A DNA stretch of 64,000 bases. Source: Candidatus Micrarchaeota archaeon. GTDB lineage: Archaea > Micrarchaeota > Micrarchaeia > Norongarragalinales > SBBD01. The notes below the pieces were generated by a model that saw nothing but the letters and a program-made list of their open reading frames with translations, was not told where the DNA came from and did no database searches. Both the position numbers and the translations under genes were made by a program. Below are positions 10,605 to 19,502 of the stretch, piece by piece. Location: positions 287,302-351,301 of the forward strand of contig JAHJQN010000004.1 in the NCBI GenBank assembly GCA_018819225.1. The letters are read 5' to 3'. Each line of letters begins with the position of its first letter. Position 1 is the stretch's first letter.

Positions 10605-11222
10605 GTGCTCATGGACTTTGACCTCATGAAGGAACTGTTCCCGATCAAGAAGCCCGTGCACAAACTGAAGTGGGGGATTCCGGAAGCGCGGTTTACGGCT
10701 CCCATTGACGACGCTGAAAAAATCGTGTCCACGATTAGAAAACAAGCCATTTTCTCCGGCGGCGGGGAATTCCTGGAAGAAATCCATTTCAAGGATTACG
10801 GGAACAACATTTACGCGTACTATATTCTGAGGACGGACAAGCGCTCGCAAGAGGAAACCGTGCATTTTGACGGCTATATGCTGCAGGAAAAAGATCGCAT
10901 TGGAGTCGATGTCACGGATGCCGGAAAAGTTTCGAGAGACCTCGACAATCTAGGATACGTATACGCCTTCAATCGGGAAATAGAAGTATGGAGCTTCCGA
11001 AGTCTGACGCGCGTCATCGCCGTGTTCAGCGTCACGGGACTCGGCGATTTTGTCGAAGTCGCTTTACCCGAAACCAAGATCGCGAAACAACGGGATAAAG
11101 ACTCAACGTGGGGGGAAAAATTTTTTGCGCGCTTGAAAATCGATCCGAAAGACATTATTCCGACGGACTTGATTACGCTGCAGCTGGTTTCGATGCAACA
11201 GCCGCAGGAACCGAAGGCTTAG
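10605..11222 (+). CDS. CYTH-like (class IV adenylate cyclase / triphosphate tunnel) protein, degenerate
   Basis: EARF near N-terminus, L..LGY, VTGLGDFVEV. Confidence 0.5.
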   Translation: MLMDFDLMKELFPIKKPVHKLKWGIPEARFTAPIDDAEKIVSTIRKQAIFSGGGEFLEEIHFKDYGNNIYAYYILRTDKRSQEETVHFDGYMLQEKDRIGVDVTDAGKVSRDLDNLGYVYAFNREIEVWSFRSLTRVIAVFSVTGLGDFVEVALPETKIAKQRDKDSTWGEKFFARLKIDPKDIIPTDLITLQLVSMQQPQEPKA

Positions 11223-11655
11223 AAGACACGGGAGCAATAGACGTTAATTCTTTAGCCGTCTTTTCAATGAACTTGCGGCCAGCCGGAGACAACACCCGGC
11301 CCGCTTTCTCTTTTTTGATGAGGCCCGCTTTCTCCAATTGTTGAAGCGCTAAACGGATGCCTTTACCACCGGCTTTCACGTGATGACTCTTAGAAACGAC
11401 GTGCACTTGTCTGCCACCGAACTTGTGGCGCAAACGTTGAACGCCCACCGCCTTCGAATTCAAGGAAATCGTTCTCAACAAAGCGGCGCAACGCATGAAC
11501 CAATAGTTTTCTTGTTGAGGAACGCGTTCGGTATGTGCACTGCTTTTGACGTTCAACACCCAAACCGGCGCCTGGATTTCGGGAACGCTTTTCAGCGCCT
11601 CCGCTAACTTGGCCACCAGTTCCGTGGGCGAAACCGCGAGTGCATTCATTACCAT
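11173..11655 (-). CDS. rps19e: 30S ribosomal protein eS19
   Basis: P.W...VKS....ERVP....WFMRCAALLR, VGVQRLR, IRLALQQLEKAGL, GRVLSPAGR; start trimmed to ATG 11655. Confidence 0.93.
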   Translation of the reverse strand: MVMNALAVSPTELVAKLAEALKSVPEIQAPVWVLNVKSSAHTERVPQQENYWFMRCAALLRTISLNSKAVGVQRLRHKFGGRQVHVVSKSHHVKAGGKGIRLALQQLEKAGLIKKEKAGRVLSPAGRKFIEKTAKELTSIAPVSSKPSVPAAVASKPAAA

Positions 11656-11662
11656 AGACGGA

Positions 11663-11989
11663 TCAACTCGATCGTTCTTTCCTGCGCAATAGGCGTTCAG
11701 CTTTCTCTCGCATGAACGGAAAAGAAGCGGGATGGTTACAGGAAAGACAAGTATATAAAACCCTTCGTTGGCTCGAAGAAACCCGCGTTTTATACGTGGT
11801 TCCGGACACCCAAACCACGCCGCATTTCTTGCAGAAATCCTTGCTGCCCAAAGAAAAACGGTGGCGCATGGCGATCTTGCGGGCAAGGGAAACGTAGCGC
11901 TTGGAAAGAACGGGATCCGGTTCCAACAGGTCTTTCGCTAGCGATAGCAGCTTACGACAGCGTTCTCTTGCAATGGCATTCAGATTCAT
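11663..11989 (-). CDS. rnp4: RNase P protein component 4 (Rpp21)
   Basis: IARER..L, RYVSLARKIAMR, FCKKC...CLSC zinc ribbon; upstream of rps19e. Confidence 0.9.
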   Translation of the reverse strand: MNLNAIARERCRKLLSLAKDLLEPDPVLSKRYVSLARKIAMRHRFSLGSKDFCKKCGVVWVSGTTYKTRVSSSQRRVLYTCLSCNHPASFPFMREKAERLLRRKERSS

Positions 11990-12009
11990 TTTCTAAACCA
12001 GATTAAAGA

Positions 12010-12630
12010 TCATATGGATACGGAACGCAACAATCCGTTTCTTCCGAATAATGTGCGTAAGCGAGATAGATCCGCTCGATTCGTTTTGACCAAACGCAAC
12101 AGATTTCGATTGCGGATATTCCGAGAGGATTCCAGAGAAACAGAGATACCGGCTCGTTCGAATAAGGGGGTAGCCTTCTTCAAAATCCGTTCAATTTCGG
12201 GATCGCCTTTTCGCACCAATAATCGAACATCGCCCTCGCGTGCAACGACTCGCAACATCTCCAACGTTGACTGGCCAAAAGGGATAAATCGATTGTAATA
12301 ACCCACGGAATTCGTCGAATATACGTGGTGAAATTGTTGATCTCTAAATGGGAGGGACTCTGCTTTCGCGCGAACACTTCGTTTACGGGCCATGGGCGTC
12401 GGATGAGGGGAATACGCTCGTTTACCCAGAATCGGATCCGCTCCATAAACGCGAGGTCCCCAGTTTAACGTGGTTCCCGCATGTCCGGCGCCCACATCCA
12501 AAAAACGCTTTTCAGAAGAGAAATCATGTTTTCGAAAACCCAGCGCCCGGAAACCCATATTCCATCCAGAAGTTAACAATACCGTTCGTTCAATGACACC
12601 GCGTTCATGATTCGGCCGAATTTTTGGCAT
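12010..12630 (-). CDS. Class I SAM-dependent methyltransferase-like, very basic
   Basis: FLDVGAG, YGADP, AESLPFRDQQF, EMLRV. Confidence 0.7.
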   Translation of the reverse strand: MPKIRPNHERGVIERTVLLTSGWNMGFRALGFRKHDFSSEKRFLDVGAGHAGTTLNWGPRVYGADPILGKRAYSPHPTPMARKRSVRAKAESLPFRDQQFHHVYSTNSVGYYNRFIPFGQSTLEMLRVVAREGDVRLLVRKGDPEIERILKKATPLFERAGISVSLESSRNIRNRNLLRLVKTNRADLSRLRTLFGRNGLLRSVSI

Positions 12631-12668
12631 AGCGCAGCATATGATTGCACTAAATTTAAAGAGGTGCG

Positions 12669-14234
12669 CTAATGACGGAAATGCCGTTCTCCCGTAAAAA
12701 CCATGGCCATGCCGTGCTCGTCGGCAGCGGCGATCACTTCCGGATCTCGCTTGCTGCCGCCCGGTTGAACGATCGCGGTAATGCCGACTTGAGCGGCAAA
12801 ATCAACGGTGTCTCGGAACGGGAAAAACGCTTCCGAAGCCATGACCGAGCCCTTGACGCTCAAGTTCGCGCGTTTCGATTTCTCGATCGCTATCTGGCAC
12901 GCATCCACACGTGATTGTTGACCCGTACCACACGCGATCAAACGGTCACCCGTTGCAAAAATCACGCAATTGCTTTTAGGCACTTTCACCAGACGCCACG
13001 CAAACTCTAACGCCTCCCATTCTCCACCCGTAGGCTGGCGTTTCGTCGGGATCATTAAATGGTCTCGTTTGAATGATTGGCCGGAATCCGGAGACTGTAC
13101 TAAAACGCCGCCCACCACGTCGCGAATACCGTCCTTCTCATACAAGTTCTCGTTCAGCAGGCGAGGGACCTCCAACACGCGAAGATTCCTTTTCTGTTTC
13201 AGGACTTGAAGCGCATCGGTCTCAAACCCGGGAGCCAGAACGATTTCCATGAACGTTTTAATGAGCTCTTCCGCGCACGGCTTGTCCAACTTTTGATTAA
13301 AGATGGCAATGCCGCCGTAAGACGATAAGGTATCGGCTTCGTGCGCTTTCCGGTACGCATCAAGCAACGTCGCGCCCTTTGCAGCGCCCGTCGGACTCGC
13401 GTGCTTGAAAACCGCTGCGAACGCCTTGGATTCGTCACGGAAGTCATGGGCCAGTTCAAGAGCCGCCTGGGCATCCAGCACATTGTTGTACGAAAGCTGT
13501 TTTCCGTGCAGCTGGTTCATGTCCTTGAAGCTCAGCACGGAATCCGTATAACGGTACAACGCCGCTTTCTGGTGCGGATTCTCGCCATAACGCAAATCCT
13601 GAATTTTCTTTAAGGAAAGGAATAGGCGCTCGGGATAACCTTCTGCTGAATCCAATTCAGAGAAATAATTCTGAATAGCCGCATCGTATTCGGTCATAAG
13701 TGAAAAAGCGTCGGCCGCCAGTTGTCTTCGAAACGCCTCATCATCCTGACCTTGTTCCAATGCGTCCAATACGGAAACGTATTGATCGGGCGAGGTAACG
13801 ACCAGAACGTCCTTGAAGTTTTTAGCTGCCGAACGAACGAGTGTCGGACCCCCAATATCGATGAGCTCCAGCGCTTCATCCAGCGACTTCTTTTTTTCCA
13901 TGGCCTCAAAAAACGGGTAAAAGTTGACGCAAATCAAATCAATCGCGCTCTTGCCTGCTTGCTTGACGTGATCGGGATCCGAACGCTTGAAAAGAATTCC
14001 TGAAAGGACAGCGGGATGCATGGACTTGACACGTCCGTTCAGCATTTCCGGAGATCCCGTAAAGTCGCTGACCTCCCGAACGGGAATACGGTTATCCCGA
14101 AGTAAGCGAGCCGTTTGTCCGGTGGAAAGCAATTCGTAGCCCAGTTTATGAAGACCGGTAGCGAAATCCGCGATTCCCCGCTTGTCAAAAACGCTTACCA
14201 GCGCTCTAGGAGCCATGTTTTTTGGAAAACCCAC
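12669..14234 (-). CDS. purH: Bifunctional AICAR transformylase / IMP cyclohydrolase (bacterial-type PurH)
   Basis: [64 protein letters not shown]. Confidence 0.95.
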   Translation of the reverse strand: MGFPKNMAPRALVSVFDKRGIADFATGLHKLGYELLSTGQTARLLRDNRIPVREVSDFTGSPEMLNGRVKSMHPAVLSGILFKRSDPDHVKQAGKSAIDLICVNFYPFFEAMEKKKSLDEALELIDIGGPTLVRSAAKNFKDVLVVTSPDQYVSVLDALEQGQDDEAFRRQLAADAFSLMTEYDAAIQNYFSELDSAEGYPERLFLSLKKIQDLRYGENPHQKAALYRYTDSVLSFKDMNQLHGKQLSYNNVLDAQAALELAHDFRDESKAFAAVFKHASPTGAAKGATLLDAYRKAHEADTLSSYGGIAIFNQKLDKPCAEELIKTFMEIVLAPGFETDALQVLKQKRNLRVLEVPRLLNENLYEKDGIRDVVGGVLVQSPDSGQSFKRDHLMIPTKRQPTGGEWEALEFAWRLVKVPKSNCVIFATGDRLIACGTGQQSRVDACQIAIEKSKRANLSVKGSVMASEAFFPFRDTVDFAAQVGITAIVQPGGSKRDPEVIAAADEHGMAMVFTGERHFRH

Positions 14235-14276
14235 AGCGAATGCAATAGAAACATTTATATATTACTAATGCGAATG

Positions 14277-14351
14277 TGTCATGACAGTGTCGTGACAATA
14301 ACATGATGCTTTCGCGACAATCTCGCGAGACCATCGGTTTGCGTCATGACA
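14277..14351. promoter_or_regulatory. Array of 10-bp palindromes (TGTCRYGACA) phased every 11 bp
   Basis: Copies at 14277, 14288, 14299 (degenerate), 14310, 14321 and 14342, between divergent purH and a wHTH gene. Confidence 0.7.
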
Positions 14352-14388
14352 AAAGGGTTGAGCGAATCAAAGTATTTAAACGTGATGT

Positions 14389-14817
14389 TTGGTGGACGAA
14401 AAAAGCGAATTCGAGGTCACGCAGGAAGAATTCCGGCGCTTCCGGGAACACATGAGGGACCCGCTAGTGCTCGGAGCCTTGATGCACAAGCTCTCGGAAG
14501 AACGCGCGTCATCAAATCTCGTACTCAAAGAAATTAACGCTAAACTCGACCGACTTCTTTCGCTTGAGGAGCGTCTTATCCAAATGGAGACGCGCATGAG
14601 TCGTGCGCCGACGGAAGAGGCGCCGTTGGCGGAAATCGATGAAGACATCGTGAAATTCGTTGCGAGAAAGAAGCGCGTGTGCGCCGATCAAGTGCAGAAA
14701 CAGTTTGGCTACCGGGGATCGAATGCGGCGTCCAGTCGATTGAATCGCATGGTCCGCGAAGGCCGTTTAAAAAAAATGCAGGTGGGACGAAAAGTCTTCT
14801 TCATGACCTTACACTAA
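14389..14817 (+). CDS. Coiled-coil plus C-terminal winged-helix protein
   Basis: Heptad segment LKEINAKLDRLLSLEERL; C-terminal ADQVQKQFGY..NAASSRLNRMVREGRLKKMQVGRKVFF. Confidence 0.65.
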   Translation: MVDEKSEFEVTQEEFRRFREHMRDPLVLGALMHKLSEERASSNLVLKEINAKLDRLLSLEERLIQMETRMSRAPTEEAPLAEIDEDIVKFVARKKRVCADQVQKQFGYRGSNAASSRLNRMVREGRLKKMQVGRKVFFMTLH

Positions 14818-14874
14818 TAGATAGCCATTGGCTTTGATCTTCTTGATGTGATAAGCCGACGGTTCAACCCACAC

Positions 14875-14896
14875 GTGGGGGGCTTCGGCCCCCCAC
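14875..14896. terminator. GC-rich cUUCGg hairpin between convergent genes
   Basis: GTGGGGGGC-TTCG-GCCCCCCAC, perfect 9-bp stem. Confidence 0.5.
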
Positions 14897-14904
14897 ACCC
14901 CTCT

Positions 14905-15669
14905 TTACGATCGCTTTCTATGTTTTTTCAACTCCGCTTTTTCTGCCGTCATCATCAAGCGATACGGGCCGTGCGTCCACTCGGCGGTTTCGAGCACCCG
15001 AAACCCTTTTTCCTTTGCGACCGAACGAAAAACGCGTTGCTGCTCTTGAACGTTTCGGGCTTTCTGGTGGATGCTGAACACGACGCGGTTCACGTTCCGA
15101 TCCAGCGCGTCCTGAAAAACATGACTCAGTAAATGCTCCCGCCACTGCCAGTACTTGGATGCCGTGCCCCGGGTCAGCGCGCTGGCATGCTTCTTGATGA
15201 AGCTGCCCTCCAGGTCATGAACCCAAAGGTAGTCAGGGCTTCGTTCGTTTTTCCAAAAGGGTTTCAATAAACGCTTCAGCCAATCCGACGCACGCATCAT
15301 GCGCATGTCCCGCACTTGCACCGTGCCCACCGAGCCGCGCAAGAATCCTCCCGGGGCGCTCGTACGAATCTCCAAAGCACTTGAGGCGAAGGGATACGCG
15401 TGTTCGAGCTGGGGGTAAAATGCAAGCACGCGATTACGGAAGCTGTGTTCTTTCCGACGATTCGTGTCCGTCGGATTCGCGTGTAAATCGAAGTAGAAAA
15501 GAGGGAAGGTTCCGGCTGCTTCTGCAATCAACCCGCGGCCGACTTGTTTCAGTGGCTGAACGGACCAACCACCCGGGGTGATTACCGTTCCTTTCTTCCA
15601 GAGATCCTTCACAAAATGAGTGACGGAGGCGCGAATCCATTCCTCGTTATTGAGCATGTCTTCAAGCAT
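14905..15669 (-). CDS. Hypothetical basic protein
   Basis: 254-aa ORF filling the gap between neighbours; no motif recognised. Confidence 0.55.
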   Translation of the reverse strand: MLEDMLNNEEWIRASVTHFVKDLWKKGTVITPGGWSVQPLKQVGRGLIAEAAGTFPLFYFDLHANPTDTNRRKEHSFRNRVLAFYPQLEHAYPFASSALEIRTSAPGGFLRGSVGTVQVRDMRMMRASDWLKRLLKPFWKNERSPDYLWVHDLEGSFIKKHASALTRGTASKYWQWREHLLSHVFQDALDRNVNRVVFSIHQKARNVQEQQRVFRSVAKEKGFRVLETAEWTHGPYRLMMTAEKAELKKHRKRS

Positions 15670-15731
15670 GGATTTGCGCGATTATTAAGCCGCGTGGGTG
15701 CAGGATAAGCAGGCCACCCCAAACCTTTTTA

Positions 15732-15779
15732 TTGCCACTAATAGTGTATGATTGGCTTCCTAGACCCCAGATATTGTGG
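15732..15779 (+). promoter_or_regulatory. Tandem NrdR boxes
   Basis: ttgCcActaaTaGtgt (15732) and accCcAgataTtGtgg (15764), 32 bp apart, right after TATA-like TTTTTAT and upstream of nrdR-nrdJ. Confidence 0.65.
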
Positions 15780-15804
15780 GTTCGGGAATGGAGGATGGCA
15801 ACGC

Positions 15805-16260
15805 ATGAAATGCCCGTATTGCGGACACGCGGACAGCAGCGTACTGGATTCCCGGGACGCCGAAGATTTCGAGATCACGCGTCGGAGAAGAGAATGCAGC
15901 AAGTGCGGCAAGCGGTTTACGACTTACGAGCGCGTCGAAATGGTGAACTTGCTCGTGCACAAGAAGGATGGGAAAAGCCAGCAATTTGAGCGAAATAAAC
16001 TGGAAGGGGGTATTGTGCGGGCGTGCGAAAAACGGCCCGTCACCCGAGAACGCATCGGGCAATTGGTGGACGAAATCGAACGCGAGCTACGGCGCAAGAA
16101 AAGCACGGAAATCGCGAGCAAGGAAATCGGGGAAATCGTGATGCGCAAGCTCAAAACAATCGACAAGGTCGCGTATATTCGATTTGCCTCCGTCTACCGG
16201 GAATTTGCGGACGTCGAGGACTTTGAAGACGAATTGCATAAACTCTTGAAGAGGAAATGA
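15805..16260 (+). CDS. nrdR: Transcriptional repressor NrdR
   Basis: MKCPYC..SSVLDSR...RRRRECSKCGKRFTTYE, ATP cone, DKVAYIRFASVYREF. Confidence 0.95.
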   Translation: MKCPYCGHADSSVLDSRDAEDFEITRRRRECSKCGKRFTTYERVEMVNLLVHKKDGKSQQFERNKLEGGIVRACEKRPVTRERIGQLVDEIERELRRKKSTEIASKEIGEIVMRKLKTIDKVAYIRFASVYREFADVEDFEDELHKLLKRK

Positions 16261-16264
16261 ACGC

Positions 16265-18439
16265 GTGAAATCCATTCAACGCATCAGGAAACGCGACGGC
16301 AGCATCGTTCCATTCAATAACCAACGCATTGAAAACGTCATTTTTAATGCGGCGCAATCCGTGGGCGGCAAGGACCGGAAGATGGCCGAAAAACTGGCGG
16401 GAAAAGTCGTGGAAGAGTTGGTCAAGCGTTTCGATGAAACGCGTATTCCCGCCGTGGAAGACGTTCAAGATACCGTTGAAAAAATTCTGATCGAAAACGG
16501 GCACGCCGCCACCGCGAAAGCATTCATATTATACCGCGAGAAACGACGCGAAATGCGTCAAACGAAAATGGAGGTGGCAGGCAAGCCGTTCAAGAGCCCG
16601 ATCAGCGTCAACGCCATGCACATTCTCAAGGAACGCTATTTGTTGAAGGATGCGGAGGGGACGGTAATGGAAACGCCCGACGAGATGTTTCAACGCGTCG
16701 CGCGAGATGTATCGCAAGCGGATGCGTATTACGGTGCGAATGAAAGCCAGCGAAAACAAACCGAGGAGCGTTTTTACATGCTCATGCAGCGCTTAGTGTT
16801 CCTCCCAAGTACGCCGACGTTGATGAACGCGGGGACGTCACAACGCATGTTGAGTACGTGCTCCGTGATCCCCGTCGAGGATTCCATGGACAGCATATTC
16901 AGCGCCTTGAAAGCCGGGGCGCTAACGCATCAAGCCGGGGGCGGCACCGGATATGCATTCTCTCGTATTCGTCCGAAGAAGGACCGCGTGCGGGGCAAGC
17001 ACGGGGTAGCGAGCGGACCCGTATCATTCTTACACGTGTTCGACGCCAGTTCGGACGCGATTCGGCAAGGAGGAAAACGTCGAAGCGCCAACATGGGCGT
17101 GTTACGAGTCGACCACCCCGATATTCTGGAATTCATTTCCATCAAACACAACGGAAATCAATTGCAGAGCTTCAATTTATCCGTCGGATTAACGGACGCG
17201 TTCATGAATGCTTTAAAGAAGAAAACGGAGTACGCCCTCGTTAACCCACGAAACCAAAAAGAAGCGGGGAAGATGAATGCGGAAGAAGTGTGGCAGCACT
17301 TGGTGAGCGAAGCATGGCTGACGGGAGATCCCGGCGTCATATTCTTGGATGAGATCAATCGAACGAACCCGACGCCTGCGCTGGGACGCATTGAAGCCAC
17401 GAACCCGTGCGGGGAAGCGCCGCTTTTGGCCTACGAGCCGTGTCCTTTGGGCAGCATCCGCGTCTCGTCCTTTGTGGATCAGAAAGAATTGAATTGGAAG
17501 GAATTGAAAAAAGCCGTTCATGATGCGATTCACTTTTTAGATAATGTGATTGATCGGACGCAATACCCCTTGCCGCAAATGGGTGCGATGACGCGAGGCA
17601 ACCGAAAAATTGGGTTAGGCATCATGGGATTCGGCGATCTCCTGTACATGATGCGCATACCCTACAATTCAACAGAAGGGATCGCATTCGCCGAAAAACT
17701 GATGGCATTCATTTCCATGGAAGCGGACGCGGCATCTGAAAAACTGGCCGTAAAACGCGGCGCATTTCCGAACTGGCGTAAAAGCGTTTATTCAGCGAAG
17801 GGAAGAAAGCTGAGAAACGCGACGCGTACCTGCATTGCGCCGACGAGAACCATCGGAATGATTGCGGATTGCTCTCCGGGAATCGAACCCGTTTACGCGT
17901 TAAGTTACGAGAAGCACGTACTGGAAGGAGATCGATTGCGATACGCGAACCCGCTTTTCGAGGAAGCCGTTCAAGAAAAAGGGCATGATCTCCCGAACGT
18001 CTTAAAACAAATTTCGGCTACCGGAAGCTCCAAAGGAGTGCGCGGTTTGTCCCCTGCATTGAAACGCGTGTTCGTTACGGCACGGGGTATCGCACCGGAA
18101 TGGCACGTACGCATGCAGGCCGCGTTCCAGAAGCATACGGACCTCGGCGTATCAAAAACCATCCACTTCGCTCATTCCGCTACCCCGAATGAGGTAGGGA
18201 AGGCGATGCGTCTCGCATACGAATTGGATTGCAAGGGCATTGCCGTCCATCGAAACCAAAATCGGCTGGATCAAGTGCTTCAAACGGGTTCCGACGAGGA
18301 ACCGGTAATGGAAAGAACGGAAGATAAGGAAATCAGCGAAGAAAAACGAGAACCGTGTCCGAACTGTCGGAATGTTATAGTTTACAGGGGGAATTGTGCC
18401 ACCTGCAATAAATGCGGGGCGGTATTCTGCGTATCGTGA
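16265..18439 (+). CDS. nrdJ: Class II (AdoCbl-dependent) ribonucleotide reductase with N-terminal ATP cone
   Basis: KRDG ATP cone, PTLMNAG, GGGTG, TNPCGE, IGLGIMG, C-terminal CxxC..CxxC; no nrdB nearby. Confidence 0.88.
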   Translation: MKSIQRIRKRDGSIVPFNNQRIENVIFNAAQSVGGKDRKMAEKLAGKVVEELVKRFDETRIPAVEDVQDTVEKILIENGHAATAKAFILYREKRREMRQTKMEVAGKPFKSPISVNAMHILKERYLLKDAEGTVMETPDEMFQRVARDVSQADAYYGANESQRKQTEERFYMLMQRLVFLPSTPTLMNAGTSQRMLSTCSVIPVEDSMDSIFSALKAGALTHQAGGGTGYAFSRIRPKKDRVRGKHGVASGPVSFLHVFDASSDAIRQGGKRRSANMGVLRVDHPDILEFISIKHNGNQLQSFNLSVGLTDAFMNALKKKTEYALVNPRNQKEAGKMNAEEVWQHLVSEAWLTGDPGVIFLDEINRTNPTPALGRIEATNPCGEAPLLAYEPCPLGSIRVSSFVDQKELNWKELKKAVHDAIHFLDNVIDRTQYPLPQMGAMTRGNRKIGLGIMGFGDLLYMMRIPYNSTEGIAFAEKLMAFISMEADAASEKLAVKRGAFPNWRKSVYSAKGRKLRNATRTCIAPTRTIGMIADCSPGIEPVYALSYEKHVLEGDRLRYANPLFEEAVQEKGHDLPNVLKQISATGSSKGVRGLSPALKRVFVTARGIAPEWHVRMQAAFQKHTDLGVSKTIHFAHSATPNEVGKAMRLAYELDCKGIAVHRNQNRLDQVLQTGSDEEPVMERTEDKEISEEKREPCPNCRNVIVYRGNCATCNKCGAVFCVS

Positions 18440-18445
18440 GAGCGA

Positions 18446-18835
18446 ATGAAATTTTACTTTTTGGTACTCGCCGTTCTTTTGATAGGATGCATTCAACCGC
18501 CTCCACCCGAATCAACCGAAGAATGGATTGCTGTGACCATCGTGATCGATAACGGAACGCTATCGAAAACGGTTATGGATGAAGTGATACCGGGAACGAC
18601 GGCGTTGGAAGCGTTCCAGAAAGTGGCGATTCTGCATACGAGAGACTATGGAAACTTGGGAGCGTATATTGATGGAGTCGATGGATTGATGGAGAATGCG
18701 GGCGGGAACGGAAAGTTCTGGCAATATTACGCGGATGGGGAGTACGCGAAAATCGGGGTTTCGCAGTACCCGATTCGCGAGCCGGTGACACTGGTACTCA
18801 AGTACGAGTCCCAACAAACGCAGGAATTCGAATAA
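18446..18835 (+). CDS. Lipoprotein with DUF4430 (transcobalamin beta-domain-like) domain
   Basis: LLIGC lipobox; TALEAF, YG.LGAYIDGVDG, FWQYYADG...IGVSQY. Confidence 0.75.
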   Translation: MKFYFLVLAVLLIGCIQPPPPESTEEWIAVTIVIDNGTLSKTVMDEVIPGTTALEAFQKVAILHTRDYGNLGAYIDGVDGLMENAGGNGKFWQYYADGEYAKIGVSQYPIREPVTLVLKYESQQTQEFE

Positions 18836-18836
18836 A

Positions 18837-19439
18837 CTAGTTTAACCAGTTCAACGCAGCTGCCCATGCTCCGCGTTCGGACAGCACGCGACTGGGGCCG
18901 TAACTCAATACCAATGCATCGCCGTTCTGGGCGGAAATGGAGTCCAGAAGCGATTTCGCTAACGGATCGCCCGACGATTCACGCGTACCCGGAAAGAACA
19001 GCCGGTTCTTCTCAACGACTAAAACGGTTGCGCCCAACGCGCCTTCACGGATTGCGGCATCGCGTTCCTCCAAACCCCGTTTAACCACCGACGCGGCTCC
19101 GGAAACCATCAAACCATAAGCCGGCAAATGAAACGTCAACGGGCTTTTCGGTGCATCTCCCATCCAACGCAATTTTTTCATCATCCGATACCAATACGAT
19201 GACCCTTTTGGAGTCAAACGGCAACCGGCCTTAGTCATACGTACAAAGCCCTCGCGGGAAAGAATGCCGAGCAGAGTCCGCATGGATCCTTCCCCGACTC
19301 CCAGACGTTCACTCAAACGTTTTCTACCCAATGATTCAAGAGAAATGAGTCTCAGAGCACGTAAAAGATCGACGCCCACGAAAGCGGGGCGCGGGCCATA
19401 CGCGCTCGGAACCGCCTTTTTGATGAGAGAAGAGAGCAT
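18837..19439 (-). CDS. Archaeal wHTH protein (DUF2111/DUF4443-like)
   Basis: LGRKRLSERLGVGEGSMRTLL, GCRLTPKG, GLEERDAAIREGALGAT. Confidence 0.7.
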   Translation of the reverse strand: MLSSLIKKAVPSAYGPRPAFVGVDLLRALRLISLESLGRKRLSERLGVGEGSMRTLLGILSREGFVRMTKAGCRLTPKGSSYWYRMMKKLRWMGDAPKSPLTFHLPAYGLMVSGAASVVKRGLEERDAAIREGALGATVLVVEKNRLFFPGTRESSGDPLAKSLLDSISAQNGDALVLSYGPSRVLSERGAWAAALNWLN

Positions 19440-19502
19440 GAAGGGGTTGGATGGAAAAAGGAATATAAAGATGTTGGATGATACATCCAACCCGAGATTC
19501 TC

